Positions 62,756-64,000 of a stretch of 64,000 bases of DNA are shown in pieces. The stretch lies in assembly GCF_028368995.1 (NCBI RefSeq), contig NZ_JAQNDL010000003.1:1952001-2016000 (forward strand). The letters run 5' to 3'. The position numbers and the translations under genes are program-made. Position 1 is the first letter of the stretch; each line of letters opens with the position of its first letter. Below the pieces are notes generated by a model. It was not told where the DNA came from, did no database searches, and saw nothing but the letters and a program-made list of their open reading frames with translations. Origin of the DNA: Nannocystis bainbridge (GTDB lineage Bacteria; Myxococcota_A; Polyangia; Nannocystales; Nannocystaceae).

Positions 62756-64000
62756 TCGCCCTCGCCCTCGCCGCCAGCCTCCTCGCCGCCGCCCCGGCCT
62801 CCGATCAGGCCGCGGTCCGGACCAGCGTGCAGGGCACGCTGCGCAGCGCCGGCGAGCGCCTCCCCGTCGCCGGCGCGCGGGTCTTCGCCAGCGCGCGTCG
62901 CGGCCGCGCCTGGGTCCGCGAGGCCGTGTCTGACGGCGAAGGCCGCTTCCTCCTCCACGACCTGCCGAGCCGCGACTTCGTGCTCGTCATCGTCGCCGCT
63001 GGCCATCAGCGCTTCGAGCAGCCGACCCCTGCCGCCTACTGGTCGCGCCGCAAGCCGCCGACCATCTTCCTCCAGCCGCAGGGCGCCGGCGGCTATCGCA
63101 CGATCGTCGAGCAGGAGCGGATCACCCGTCCCAGCCCCGTCAGCACCAAGCTCTCGCCCGAGGAGATCGCCAACCTCCCCGGCAGCCAGGGCGACCCACT
63201 GCGCGCCTTGCAAAACCTCCCCGGCGTCGCCCGCGTCCCTGGCGGCCTCGGCCTCCTCATCCTCCGCGGCGCCGCCCCCAATCAATCCCAGGTGTTCTTC
63301 GGCGAGCACCCCCTGCCCCGCGCCTTCCATATCCCCGGCCTCGCCAGCATCGTCCCCGCCGGCGTCCTCGGCGGCATCGAATACGTGCCCGGCAACTTCT
63401 CCGCCCATTACGGCAACGCCACCGGCGGCATCATTCACATGACCCCGCGCGTCGGCCGGCGCGACGGCATCCACGGTCAGGCCAAGCTCGACTTCATCTC
63501 CGCCGGCGCCCGCCTCGAGGGCCCGTTCGGCAGGGGCGGCTCGTTCATCCTCGCGGCCCAGCGCGGCTACCTCGACCTCGCCCTCAAGGCCCTGCCCGAC
63601 GACGCCACCAACGGCCTGCCTGCCATCAATCCGCGCTACCACGATTATCAATTCATCCTCGACCACCCCGCCGGCCGCGGCGGCACCGTGACCATGCGAT
63701 TCCTCGGCGCCGCCGACAACTTCAAGTTCCGCGCGGCCTACAGCGACGGCGAAGGCATCTCAATGCAGAGCGGCTTCCACCGGGTCGACCTCGCCTACCG
63801 CAAGCGCCACGGCCGCTGGGACTTCCTGCTGGCCCCCGCGCTGCGATTCGACCGCACCGAGCTCGACGCCGGCTGGGAGTTCAACCGGCGCCGCAACGAC
63901 ATCGTCGGTCTCCTGCGCGCCGAGGCCAGCGTCCGGCCGTGGCGCCCGCTCCTGCTCACCCTCGGCCTCGACACCCAGCTCGACCGCTACCGCTCGTTTC
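62752..64000 (+). CDS. TonB-dependent receptor paralog, truncated by window end
   Basis: ATG overlapping the lipoprotein stop; nearly colinear with the 59191 gene at DNA level. Confidence 0.85.
   Translation, partial: MIALALAASLLAAAPASDQAAVRTSVQGTLRSAGERLPVAGARVFASARRGRAWVREAVSDGEGRFLLHDLPSRDFVLVIVAAGHQRFEQPTPAAYWSRRKPPTIFLQPQGAGGYRTIVEQERITRPSPVSTKLSPEEIANLPGSQGDPLRALQNLPGVARVPGGLGLLILRGAAPNQSQVFFGEHPLPRAFHIPGLASIVPAGVLGGIEYVPGNFSAHYGNATGGIIHMTPRVGRRDGIHGQAKLDFISAGARLEGPFGRGGSFILAAQRGYLDLALKALPDDATNGLPAINPRYHDYQFILDHPAGRGGTVTMRFLGAADNFKFRAAYSDGEGISMQSGFHRVDLAYRKRHGRWDFLLAPALRFDRTELDAGWEFNRRRNDIVGLLRAEASVRPWRPLLLTLGLDTQLDRYRSF

Overview
Very GC-rich (about 70-75% by eye) bacterial DNA. The gene content (Thr/Gly-linker lipoproteins, thrombospondin-3 and FG-GAP proteins, a Myxococcales-type sigma factor, a DUF1501 pair, lipoprotein plus TonB-receptor pairs) points to a myxobacterium, probably Nannocystis-like (inference). 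About 45 CDSs are supported. They include hipBA, two sigma factors, an AlkD-like protein, a kdpB-like/kdpD/kdpE/CHASE3 operon, a SLOG-SIR2 fusion, glgE-treS-mak divergent from otsAB, ArsR-SRPBCC, AraC/YcaC and duplicated lipoprotein-TonB receptor modules. No rRNA, tRNA, CRISPR array or intact transposase was seen. Most notable observations: (1) a palindromic motif (A/C)TGYC-N6-GRCA(T/G) with at least 18 perfect and over 40 total copies, often in 14-bp-period tandem arrays and written into coding sequence; (2) a translationally coupled operon with a catalytically dead KdpB (no kdpA/C), KdpD, KdpE and a kinase-less CHASE3 protein; (3) an orphan SLOG-SIR2 protein with the reverse domain order of Thoeris ThsA; (4) an intact dihydroorotase pseudoenzyme lacking all metal ligands; (5) an unannotated six-Cys secreted protein family with two members 42 kb apart; (6) a frameshifted Imm53 immunity gene absent from the ORF track. 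All family assignments come from motif recognition by eye, not database searches.
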